From Eledone cirrhosa (lineage: Eukaryota), in the NCBI GenBank assembly GCA_964016885.1, contig OZ024740.1:184140001-184204000 (forward strand): a stretch of DNA of 64,000 nucleotides, in the 5' to 3' direction. The number at the start of each line of letters is the position of its first letter. Positions within the stretch are counted from its first letter, which is position 1. The position numbers were made by a program, and so were the translations under genes. This document shows, in pieces, positions 51,913-64,000 of this stretch. The notes below the pieces were generated by a model. The model did no database searches and was not told where the DNA came from. It worked only from the letters and a program-made list of their open reading frames with translations.

Positions 51913-54387
51913 TAGTACCGATTGGATTTCCCGAATGTGCCAATGTGGACTTGGACAAACCGTATCGGGTCATCCACATCATATCAAGATAGATTATTCT
52001 TTAGGGAAATAGATAGGTCTAGCATAGGCTATCCACAATTCAAGATAGTCAGCTACACGGACAACAGATTCGTGATCTGTGTGCTTGACTTAGATAGGCT
52101 ACTGGAAGCTGAACGCGTCATTAACAGCGCGTAAAGCCTACAGCGACCGGATTAGCGAACTAGTTAAGTAGGTGTTGAGGGTGGCCATTGTCAACAACAA
52201 ATGGTGGTTTGCTCTGAAAAGAGCGATTAGAATAGAGTCCATTAGGTTTAGTAATACATTAGCAATAGAGAAAAAATAGAGCAGAGGGGGAAATAGTTAG
52301 AAAATTAGAAAGATTTGTTCGGAGACCTCTTCGCGGACGTCTACTGCAACTGGCAACAGAACGGGATAAATCCCAGCTCTGTGAGCCGAGGGGCGGTGGC
52401 GCTGCTGAGAAAGGATCCGAACAAGGAGGATAACATAGATAATTTCAGGCCCATAACTCTGCTGAACACAGAGTTCAAGATTTTGGCCAAGTTGCTAGCA
52501 AAGAGGTTGGCGCTTGTTTTTGGTGGTCTGGTGGGAGAGGCGGAAACATGGGTCATTCCAGATAGATCTATCCACGACAACCTCCACCTCATGCGATACA
52601 TCGTGGAGAGGGTAGCTAGGAAACCTGGCATGGGTGGGTCCTTGATCAATTTAGATCAGTCGGAAGCTTTCGATAGGGTCGACCATCGTTATCTGGCGGC
52701 AGTCCTGAGGGCGGCAGGCTTTGGGCCTATCTTCAGAGGCTGTATCGCTGCCATGCACAGCGACATCTGCTCTGTGGTGAGAGGGAAACATTCAACATCA
52801 TGCGCTCGGTCCGCCAAGGATGTCCCCTCTCTTCCCTCTTGTACGTATTGATTCTCGAGCCACTACTGCACAAACTGGAGACGTTGTGGGGGATCCCGCA
52901 CGAACTAGGATGCGCAAGATCTGTGTCAGCATATGCGGACGATGTCACCGTAGTAGCTAAATTGCTAGGTGTCTGGTTTGGTCCGGACCTCCAGACGGCC
53001 AAAAGTCGGATGAGGTGACGAGCAGGGTGGCTTCTCTCACCCAGAAATGGGCAGAGAGGAAGCTATCCCTTAAAGTTCGTTTGGAGGTGGCGAATGCGTA
53101 CATCGCGTCCGTCATCTACGATTGCCTGACCGTTGTGTCTTGTACTAGGCCTCACCTGACTGCGCTGGAGCGTTTGCTCTTTCGCTTTTTGTGGACGGGA
53201 CGCGCTCCGCTGGTGAGTCGGACCAGCTGCTGTCAACACCCGCTACGTGGAGGGCTGGGCATGCCGTGGCTGATGATGCGCAGACACGCGCTCGGGCTAC
53301 GACATACCCACCTCTTCCTCGCTCGACGGTGATCAGGTGTGGTCGCCGTTTGCTAGACGCGTCTTTCCCCAGCTCGTCTCTTGACTGATCTGCAGTCCTG
53401 AGTCAAACGAAAACCGAGAGGGAGCACTTGGAGACTAGAATGTCGTCAGGCGATCACAGCCCTCGACCAATCGGGCAATGTGATCGGTGGAAACCCCACC
53501 TTGGCGTTCTATAGAGGTTTAGTGGAGGGGAAGAGCGACGACGTATTTGGGTAAACACTAGGCGTCGACGAAAATCAACTAGCCAATCTCTTCGGAAGAA
53601 CTTTCGTGCCGGTGCCTACGGACAACTTCCAGAAATCCCTGGCCAGGCAGTGCTACCGAGGAGCTTTGCCAGTTCGGGGTAAACTCTACAGGCATGGAGG
53701 TGCCGTCAGCCGGGCATGTCCGAGATTCGAACAGGGCGACGAAACCGTCCTGCACGCACTCGTCCAGTGTCCGAGCATTGCTGACTTGTAGGTTTATGTC
53801 GAACACCTGCTGTTACGTGTAGGACGGATCCGGCTATCAGCTGAATCCATCGTGAAGATTGCCCCGCCCTCTTCCTTTAGCCGGGAAGGACAGGCAATTT
53901 GTATCTGTCTGGTGGCCATGGCGAAAGAGATAGTATTGAGGACGCGTTTGAAAGGGCTGAAGACGAGCACTTACCTCTTCGTTGATGCCCTGGTTATCTT
54001 TTTCAAATTTTATTTAAATATGAAAATCAGGGTAGAGAGGGAAGTGTTCTCTACCCAGCATTTTGTTGAAAGATGGGTGAGAGAGGCAAGAAAGGCCCGT
54101 GTATGGCATGAGTATGTGCCTGTAAATTGAAGATGGAAAACTGGGATAGGGCACTTGCCCTGGTCGTCAGGTTCACCGTGGCTTTTTTAATGGGCTTTCT
54201 CCACGATGGCCCTCGGATGTCTCCCATCTATTGGGGAATATTTCATTGTTTCGTTTATTGTTACATCCTCTGTTTTTTTTTTTACACGCAGAAATGCCCA
54301 TTTGTACCGTCCTGTATTGTCCTGTATTTTCCTGTAATTTCCTTAATATCTAACTTTGTGTAAAACCTTGTGGTTATTAAAGAAAGC
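51913..54387 (+). mobile_element. Tx1 copy (related subfamily), 5'-truncated with internal deletions
   Basis: RPITLLNTEFKILAK, LDQSEAFDRVDH, VRQGCPLS, YADD. Ends before (ATT)n at 54388. Confidence 0.9.
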
Positions 54388-55736
54388 ATTATTATTATTA
54401 TTCTCATTATCATCATCATTATTAGTTTTGTTATTAGTAATGTTGTTGTTTTCATATTTATAAATGAAATTAATACATGCAACTATACATTTTGCTAACA
54501 GCAACCTGATTTCATGACATTAATTGTTTTAGAAATTCTTGTGGAACAATGGTAAAGTGAAACACAAAGATTATAGAATACAGAACAATAGCATGCTGAT
54601 TCATGATAGAACGGTTTAAGACAAAATGTAATCAACCATTTACATGACTTCATACAATAAGTTCTTTAGAATGATATAGCTTCAGTGAATAAGCTAAAGA
54701 AAGGTTTTCAACTAATTTATGGACACGAAAGTCGAAATATTCAATGGCTTCCCTCAGAGTTACAATTTAATAACGTTTTAGTAAAATAAATAAATGTATT
54801 CAATGAATTTGAATTTTGAGTCCATTTAAGTATGTTTATGTCTGTTAGAACGTTCACGCAGAAATACACATGTTCATGCACGTACAGGCACACATGCATA
54901 CACACACACACAGACACATACACACAGGAAGTAAGCAGTAAAGGCATAGAACTTTTTGACAATCTTTTTTTTACCTAGGTGGGTGTGAACTGCAATGTTA
55001 TCACAGCAGTGACACATGAGCCTTGTCTACTAATGACCTGTGAGGCTAGAAAAAAGTGAAGTAATTATGTTCCGGTGGTTTTGTAATGTTAGTGTACATG
55101 AAAGGTTTAGCATAAGTGAGCTGAGAGAAAAATTGTATAAAAGGAATTCGATGTAGTTTGAAAAAGAAAAGATTGTATTTGTATGGACATTTGTATGAAG
55201 AATGACAGAGACATCTTATTTGGATGGGGCTTGGGTGGTCAGCGACTATCTGAATGATACGAAGGTGATTTTTCGTAGCGGCTGCTGACCCCTTCTTTAC
55301 CGCATGGAGGTTTAATTTTCCCGGTTTTTCAGCTATCAACTATAACAACCGACTGTGGTTACAGTTATTTTCTACATCTGAGGTTCCTATATTTAGATAC
55401 TAAAATCTATCTGGGTGAGAAAGCAGAACTTACACTGTTCGGTGATTGAGCGGTGATAATTTAGAGTTTTACAGTACAGTCGAGCATGTAACAGCCTCTG
55501 TATTCTTGGTCCTGGTAAGACCAAGAAGGACCTCAAAACGGTCTGTAAATAATTGTCGTTAGGAGAGGAATCAATCCAGCCGTAGAAGTCGCACCACATA
55601 TGAAACGTATAAGCAAGAAGAGGTTGCTGCGACGTGTCTGTTTTCAATATACGTCGTCTAATTCATACAAGCTTTGAAATTTAACATACAAATGGTGATA
55701 TATATGCATATACGCACACTCATCGCAAACACACAC

Positions 55737-55844
<108 letters not shown>

Positions 55845-57007
55845 GGAATAAACATTTTGAAAGCATTAAGCTGTCAGTTTAGAAACTGATGACGTTGCAC
55901 CATCTACCGAACTGCAGCAACAGCAAAGGGTGAGTAATTGACGACGACGTCGTTTTTTACTCTGGTCGATATCAAGTCAGTTCCCCTTTACCCTGTTCTC
56001 CGCTGGAACTGAATGTAGCCGAAAACATATACTTTTGGCACCTTTGCACATGCGCTGATTAGCCTCATTTGCATATAGAGCTATCGGCTGGTTCAGCCAG
56101 AATGTTAGCTCTAACATAGCTGTATACACAGTGTTAGATATACAAAATACAAATACCAATATGTATACAGCGATGCTTGAGCTAAGACCTTAATTTCATT
56201 TTCCGGAATCGAACTCACAATCTCACGATTGAGAGTACAATTCCTCTACTAAGACACGTGCTTAATGATTCAGTCACGCCATTAATCATTCGATCACGTT
56301 TCATGTAGCGAGATTATCTGAATAACGACAATCATCAATCATATCGAGAATAATGAATCAGCAGGTTATTTTCCAAATAAATAAACTCTACTACTATATG
56401 GAATTGTTGTTATTTTTTACTATGCATTATAATCTCTTCTTCTTTTTTTTTTCTTCTTCTTCTTTTGGATGGGTGCATAGCCCTCAAGTACTTTTTTTTC
56501 CAGGGGACCCTGTAAGAAAGTGCATGAATAATAGCTGCTTAAATATATTGGCAGTTAGCCCATGTTGTAGTGGGTGCATTATATTTTGAAATATATTTTA
56601 GAGCGAAGGTAATTCGTTAAATATCCGAATTAAATATCTTAAGATTAAGAAACAACACATTGCGTTATATATAAGATATTAGGATATAAAGGCTTCTACT
56701 TAGCCATGTTAAAACTTGTCTATGCATTTTTGTCACAGCGCTATACGAACTACATCGATTATTATATTATGATTACTTTCATGGGCGGCAGATTAGCAGA
56801 CATCATACAGCGTAGGAAAAAACGCCTTGCAATTGAGAAAGTTAATGTTCTAAGTTCAAATCCCACTAACATTAAATTTGATTTTTCATCTCCGGGGTGA
56901 TAATTCAATATGTGTGGTGGACTGTTTCAATTGAATGGGATTCATAATTTTTTAAACTATCTGATCTAGAAGGTATCTGTGTTAGAAATGTTAGTTTCCG
57001 AGTTAAG

Positions 57008-57205
57008 CACAAGATTAACAATTTGGGGAAAGGAGGAAATCGGTTAAATGAACTTCAGTGCGTTACTGGCACTTTATTTTATGAACCCCTTAAGGATGAA
57101 AGGCAACGCTAATCTAAGCAGGTTTGAACTCAGAAAGCAAAGGTACATAACTACTTGCCGCTAAGCATGTTTTCAGATGCTATATTGATTATACCATCCA
57201 CCGCC
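57008..57205 (-). mobile_element. SINE copy
   Basis: ttactggcactttattttat...ggatgaaaggcaa...tttgaactcag...ccaccgcc. Confidence 0.8.
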
Positions 57206-57399
57206 CTCATCAGTGTCAGAAATATTATATTAGTTGATGATCTTTAACACCAGGTCAGCCTTAGTAGGTTAGATTTATCGACAATGCTGCCTTTATTTTT
57301 AGAGAACAGTAGCGTACATGTCGGTGAAAGTTGTTTTGGACATTTATTAGATTGATTGAGCACCTTCACTGGCTTCATTACCAATCCACAAGGAAACGT

Positions 57400-57768
57400 C
57401 TACGTGGTGGCGCGACCAGCTAAAATAACACTCATTTCTCCGAAGAAATTACACTCTACCGTTTTTTGAAAAGGAAAACATTGGAACATTTCATCCGATG
57501 TGTTGATAAAGCCCGAAATAGCCATAACTGAAAAACCATTGATAATAGGTCGATTCTCTGGGTAAACAACCAGCTGTAAAGATGCCGTACAAAACATGTC
57601 CGTTTCTTTAACAATTGGCTTTAACCACAAGTTCCTCTCTAGTCGAATTCCAGTCCTACCAAGTTCAATTCTGATCTGCCTGACGTTTAGTTTCCCCGCC
57701 AAAATATAGAAATTTCCCGTGATTACTGAAGTTAAATCGCCTCCATTTTTTAGATGCAAAGCTATGGT
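57400..57768 (-). other. Candidate host exon or pseudo-exon, product unknown
   Basis: About 123 open codons of non-repetitive, protein-like sequence after a weak AG acceptor. CTASLQLVVYPENRPIING recalls an Ig-domain junction. Not recognised further. Confidence 0.3.
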
Positions 57769-58274
57769 CTAAATTTCGTCTACGAATTGCACAGAGAATC
57801 GCATTTAATTGAAATCTTTCAACTCACTATTTGCTTGTGTGAATCTACCTTGTGTATTTAGTATGCAAAACCTGAGATTCTTTACCTCATACCTAGTATT
57901 GATATTCATAACAAGTGTCACTAAATGCCGTCAATTTATCTCTGTATACATATTGATTACTATTAGTCTTATGAACTGAATTTTATATAGTTTGCTGAGA
58001 AAGTGTAATGACAATAATGTGTCCGTTACCTTACATATTGTGTTTTAAAATACACATCTAATTCTACGCGCATGAATTTTATCTTCCAAAACTTTCGCTA
58101 AGCTGAACATATTAGAGTTATCTTCCTTGCATCTTGGTTTTAGATTTTAAACGTCCTTAAAGAAAATGTTTGACCCTTAACGGCATGGATGGAAAATCCC
58201 AATTAATTGATGTATATCAATTTACATTATTGGCCATGGGTGACACTACCGAATGTGTAATATATACGTGAATG

Positions 58275-58462
58275 GGCGGTGAATTGGCAGTATCGGTAGA
58301 GGGTCGGACGCCATGCTTTCCAGCATAGTTACGTCCCTTTACCGTCTGAGTTCAAATCCCGTCGAGGTTAACTTTGCCTTTCATCCTTATGGGGTCGATA
58401 AAATAAAGTACCAGTAATGCACTGGGTAATTTCTGAACTCGTGCCAAAAGTAGAAACAATTA
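58275..58462 (+). mobile_element. tRNA-derived SINE, full length, young
   Basis: A box tggcagtatcgg, B box gagttcaaatccc, core and tail intact. Confidence 0.92.
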
Positions 58463-59229
58463 TATATGTGAAACCCTACTGCATCTTGTATTAAAATATA
58501 GGAAGACAGTAGATAAACCGCAACTCAAATCGGAAGAAAATACATAAATACGGTTATGCATAATTTAATGCAATATAAATGACCCAGCTAATGCCTCTTT
58601 GTTAGAGCTGTTTCGTTTTCAGGATACAAAACCCTATTCTAATAGTCTTAGCTAAATTATTCAACAGATTTAGGAATACAATGAATATTAATAATTCAAA
58701 AACCACTCAGAAATAAGCTGCTGTTTGCAAACAATTACAATTTTTAAATATTAATTTTAAAAATTTAACAAAAATAAGTTTCCCTCTTACATTCGTGAAA
58801 ACCCAACTGAAACATTTGTCATCTTAATATGTATATTGTTTATTTTTGTTTTTGCTACTCTCATCAATCATTTTAACATTACCATTCGCTTACACATACT
58901 TAAACTCGTGAGATAATCAGAAGCCTATGTAAACAGTCCTTGCATTTCTTTTTCTCCTCATTCTTATACACTTACGTTCACTTTCATCTCTCTCTCTCAC
59001 TTTTCCTTTTTCACTCTCTCCTACTTTCTCTTCACGAAGCATTTGTTAAACAGTCCGTTTTAATTCCTTTTCTCTAACAATTCCAGTCATAACAATGTGT
59101 TTATAATCATATCTTTATGTTCCGTTGTAAATGTAAATGGAACCCCGTGGGTTTCAACGATGAATATTCCGAAATGTTTGATCAACAGAACAACCCACTA
59201 ATTGTATTAAGGTGTAGATCACAAAGTAT

Positions 59230-59640
59230 TCCAGCTGGTCATATGATTCCTCCAGCCTTGCAGCAACAAGGCACTATGCTCTTCCATGTTTCACTGCCTC
59301 TGGCAAATGTTGGGTCTTGAAACTAGTTTAGGGTGAATCTCCAGGTCTTCTTTGACCTACCCTTTAGTCTTGTCCCACCAGCTCGCAAAGTGATATGCAG
59401 TTCTTGTTGGTATATTATCCCCTTTTCGTAGTGCATACCCTGCAGCTGCATTCTTCTGCTCTTGATGACAATGCTCCTTAGGCATATGGCATTGACTCTT
59501 AAATATAAATAGTGTCAAGCAGTATGTCTTCCACACTGTTTTTATCAACCAAACTTCTCTCTGAATGCCATGGTAAAATACATGCAGTGAGATTGAATCT
59601 GGAAACACATGATCGTGAACTAACATATTAACCATTGACC
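59230..59640 (-). mobile_element. Decayed RTE-like 3' fragment
   Basis: RSIVIKSRRMQ...GGTRLKGRSKKTWR-like segment. Confidence 0.45.
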
Positions 59641-59934
59641 CATGCCTGCGTACATACTTTTCATTTATATTTAGAAATTGGCATATATATGCAAGAGGGG
59701 CTCAAATGTAATCAGATATATACTTTTGTTGTTAAGGTTCAAATTAGCCCTAATCGGACACACGTCTGATCAACATGCATTCAATACTGTTGATCCTTTT
59801 TTAAAGACATAACCTTTCTAGTATTGCATTACACTATAGAATGTATTCTTTCTATTTTCTAAAGGCAGTAGTGTGTAATTATTGGGAGCTAGTCGAAAAA
59901 GTACATGAAGGCTCCTTCGCAGATATATAGTGGA

Positions 59935-60140
59935 TTCTGATTTGGCCACAAGGCCAACAATCTGGAGGGAGGAAAAGTCGATTAACTCGACTCAATACGT
60001 TACTGGTATTTTATTTTATCGACACTATATGGACGAAAGGCAAAGCTAATCTCGGCGGGATTTGAAGTTAAGTCGCAAAATGATGTAACACTATGTCACA
60101 AAAACCATGTCCGACGCTCTAACGATACTGCCAATCCACC
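59935..60140 (-). mobile_element. SINE copy
   Basis: Core and tRNA head (gatactgccaatccacc) match the family. Confidence 0.85.
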
Positions 60141-60616
60141 TTCCTCTTTGCAGATATGTAATAGGAACGGATAATACAAGTTGTTCTTCGCCTGGTCACA
60201 TTGGTATTACGAGGATGAGATATAGTATTTTTAAATGCCTAAATAGGTATAGAAACATCGTTGTTATTAGTTAGCACTAGATCCCCGCTGATCCAGTAAT
60301 AACCCTTTGGATGTTGGGGATTTTCCCCCCACAAATAATATATCTAGAACTACATCATTGAATATGTTTAGTTTAGGACGGTCCGATGGGATTTGAATGA
60401 GATTTGGCTGATATTACCAGCAATTTAAGTTACCACATAGTCATCATCGTTAGTTTGAAGTTGTTGACAAAAGGCAATTAAAACAATGAATTAGTAAAAT
60501 TGATTTGGAGAAAGGATGGACGAGAAAAGAAAATGGAAAGGGAGGTTAAATGATAAAGATATCCAAAGAACCTTTGTAGATGTTGGTGGGGTGAGGAAGC
60601 GAAAGTGAAAAAGAGA

Positions 60617-60809
60617 TAAATAATTGTTTCTACTTTTGGCACAAGACAAGCAATTACCCAGTGTATTACTGGTACTTTATTTTATCGACCCCGTAAGGAT
60701 GAAAGGCAAAGTTAACCTCGGCGGGATTTGAACTCAGACCATAAAGGGACGTAACTCTATGTTTCAAAGCATGGTGTCCGACTCTCTACCGATACTGCCA
60801 ATCCACCAC
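60617..60809 (-). mobile_element. SINE, full length, young
   Basis: Close reverse complement of the copies at 9044 and 58275. Confidence 0.92.
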
Positions 60810-61680
60810 TTAAAAAGAGATAAATAATGAGAGAGAGTGAACGAAAGAGAGACAAAAGTGAATGGCAGAAAAAGAATGTGATGATAAAAAAGAAAGTAAG
60901 GGAATGTGAAAGAGAAAAGGGATGGAAGAGACAACGAGAGGGAGGAACAGAGGGATTGCGAAAGAGTGTGGATTAAAACATGTAACCAAAAGGATTCTGA
61001 GACATTACACATTTGTCTTATCTGTTTCAATATAGAAATAGGTAAATGGGGGTATTTGAAAAACTTGGAATAATCAATTTTCTGTTCATGTTTTATAACA
61101 TACATCTTGATATTCTATGATGGTTATAATGATTAATTACATTGTTCTAAAAACTCAAATCCTTAGGGTAAGTGGGTATATTACATACAGATTATTATAC
61201 ATAACTAATGCACTGCGGGGAATCCCTTTATAAGCTGTTGACATCCGAAATAATCGTTTACTCGAGCGGTGATGGGTAGCATTGGTATTACGTCAAAATA
61301 TTAGTGTTCTTTTTGCACTCATTGTAGCTCATTGAAAGATAATGTCGAAAACCCGAACAGATACATTTTCTTCCTTTTTATTAAGTAAAGCTAATAAATA
61401 TCTACTGATGTTTACTATCTTAACGTTGCATTGTTTCATTTCTGATAGTTTTCCACTGATTTAGTAATCTATGTTTACCATGTTATTAATGTGACTGCGG
61501 AAGACAGAGACGGTATTTGTGACATTGAGTTTAATTTAGAAATTGTTGATTTTAATAAAATGAATATTATCCCCTTTTTGCTTGTTCTATGATCACACGC
61601 ACACACACATATTGACAAACGCATTAACACGAGCTTGTGACGCAGACAAGCTGGAAACTTTTCAGAATCATTACAGTGTT

Positions 61681-61920
61681 GGGCAACTTTGCCTTTCATC
61701 CATTCGAGGTCGACAAAAAAGTACCATTCTTGCACTGGGATCGATTCTTCCACGATTTCTCTTTCTCACTTCCATTCTAACATTATATATACCATCCTCT
61801 GGGAGAAATCTGCTGTATTCAGACCTGGAGAGGAGATGATCTCCACCAGTTTTTTTTTATTACCTAGAAATCCCGTATCTCAACACGGCTACCCCCATCG
61901 ATTCATTCAGGAGTCACTGA
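61681..61920 (+). mobile_element. SINE, long-tailed subfamily, 5'-truncated
   Basis: caactttgcctttcatcc...gtcgac...agtacca followed by the shared tail. Confidence 0.8.
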
Positions 61921-62299
61921 ACTAAGCATGCATCTTCTTGTCAAGAAAAAGCAGTTTTTTTAAAAGCTACTTGAAAACCACGCGAAACAACATCTGTATA
62001 AAAGTTCCAAATACTTGTCATGCAAGTCACCTGTTCATAACATAATGGCTCTAAGAATTGCGGAGGCCTCAAAGTGGACGGTCAACGTCCGAGATATAGT
62101 AGCCAAAGTAACTTCACGCCGTAATATAATCGTAAGACAGAAAGACATATTCAACGAATAATATTTTTATACTAGTTTCAGTCAAGAAATGATGGAGAAT
62201 TACATTAAAAAATGTTAGTCAATCATATTGACGCCAAAGCTTAATAGTGTTCTCATTCAGTCGATCGCTATCAAATGGTCGAGTTTATTATTTTTTTCT

Positions 62300-62508
62300 G
62301 ATTTAAACACAGGCCAACAAATTTTGGGGTGAGGCACGTTGATTAAATTCACCCTTAGTGCGTTACTGGTACTGTCTTCTATCTACCTCGTAAGGATGAA
62401 AAGCAAAGCTAACCTCGACGGGATTTGAACACAGAATATAAAGTGATGTAACTATATGCCACAAAACATGTTTCCCAGCGCTGTTCTAATACTGCCAATC
62501 CACTGCCC
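62300..62508 (-). mobile_element. SINE copy
   Basis: Same subfamily as the copies at 57008 and 59935. Confidence 0.82.
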
Positions 62509-63664
62509 TTATGTCTATAAATAATATCGAATTGTAACATCTGGAACGTCTTTAATCATACATATCCTTGATAGGTACTCAACAAAAGGAGTATAGAAAC
62601 GATTCCAGGGTGTATCCATACACCTTATGCTTTGAATTCAACTTCGCCTCTCATCCTTCAGGTGTCGATAAATAATGGTGGTATCAATTGTGGTATTTAA
62701 TTCGGTTCTTTATCCTGTGAGTTCAAATCCTACTGTAGCTTACTTGAGTTAGCTGAATCCATTTTCCAGTTGAACATTACCTTTGACTTTTAATGGAGAA
62801 CAGGCTAATGCAAGCATCTGGGCAAGATTTACAGTTTGCGAATTCTTTTCACCACTCCTCTAGCCATTCGCGGGGGTCTGTAAAAAACCATAGGCACCTC
62901 TCTCTCTCTGCTGACTAAACAATACAATTCAAAATCACAGGCAAACAAACAGGTGCACGCACACACGCACACGCACATACACACGCACGCACACACGGAC
63001 ACACACACACACATACACACACACGCGCTCTCTTTCTTTCTCGATTTTTAACTCTATCTCTTTTATTTATTCCTGCTCCTATCAATTTATTTATCTAAAC
63101 AATCCCGTCCTAATACATATTAGATTTCCTTAAAAATAAATACAGCTACAATTGTCAGAACTTGGCAGTTTTATAAACAATTTCGTTCTATAGCTTAAAG
63201 TTTATATTACGCCCCATGCTTTACACGTTGCCAGCTGAAGCAAGCACAGTAGGAGTTCTACGTAATATTTATTCACTTGGCTCACAAAGACATGGGTAAA
63301 GTGTGAGTATTTCTTTATACCTATCGAATTACGAAGAAGAAATGAGAAAAACCTATTCATTATATATCGTTGTAGTATTGCATGGTTATAACAATCAATG
63401 TTTATACTCCGGCGTGCCAATGGCACTGGCGTTAATCCAATTTGTTTTAGAAATAAGATATGAAGTGTTTTGTCAGTCTGTCACCCAAAGATGAATATAA
63501 GTAAATGGTTGCATATACAACAAGCTCTATCCTTTCTTGAATGTAGAAACCAATATATACAGTGTGCGTCTTATTTTATTTAGTTTCCTTGTTTGTAGCA
63601 CTCCCTTGGCCTTCTAGACCAATGAAACATTCATTACATGACATTTCTTTAACCTTTCTATAGT

Positions 63665-64000
63665 AAGGTTCCTTAACTCCGGATAAAGTTGTAGGGCCGC
63701 CGTATTGACATGCGGCGTTGCTTGGGCATTTTAAGCCCATTCCTCTCAGCTGATTTCTTCCAGAGAAAGATAGAAAGTGAGAGAGGGGAAATGAGAAAGG
63801 GATATAGAGGAAGAATCGACAGCAGTGCTAGACTGGTACTTTTTTTATCGACCTGGAAAGGTGAAAGACAAGGTTGACCTTTCATCCTTACTAGAAAGTG
63901 AATGAATGGAAGTTAGAAAGAGACATACAAGTATAATCGACCCTAGTATTTGACTGGTGCTTTTTACTGGACTGCGAATGGATGAAAGGCAAAGAAATCA
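63665..64000 (-). mobile_element. Two SINE fragments at the window end
   Basis: Long-tail copy at 63665-63880 and a core fragment at 63930-64000. Confidence 0.75.

Noticed and set aside
55393-55647. Minus-strand ORF ending near a GTAAGT donor
   Set aside because: No recognisable product and no clear acceptor or promoter.
58275-58375. tRNA gene
   Set aside because: The A and B boxes belong to a SINE head. No cloverleaf, and it runs into the SINE core.

Overview
AT-rich animal genomic DNA with no bacterial genes, rRNA, tRNA genes or CRISPR. The SINE family and the density of (AT)n/(CA)n microsatellites point to a cephalopod (octopus-like) genome; this is inference. Most short ORFs in the track are microsatellite artefacts. 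The recognisable coding sequence is retroelement-derived: a near-complete RTE LINE with a C-terminal triple zinc finger (12.0-16.0 kb), a full-length L1-Tx1 element with an 18-bp TSD in a (TTA)n tract (16.1-21.9 kb), two decayed Tx1 copies (49-54 kb), a decayed Neptune-type Penelope-like element (PLE; 33.6-36.7 kb), about 15 tRNA-derived SINEs, a Helentron-like element and a 1.8-kb 27-bp minisatellite. The most unusual signal is non-coding. Between 3.5 and 33.7 kb, several unrelated short elements sit in (AT)n tracts, often as long fold-back palindromes, and carry type-I hammerhead ribozyme motifs pointing outwards. Several fold-back junctions map onto the ribozyme itself, and one family has a compensated U3-A8 core. 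A second notable signal is one SINE copy with strongly strand-biased A-to-G hypermutation in an ADAR-like context. All structures were read by eye, so the edges of decayed elements are approximate.
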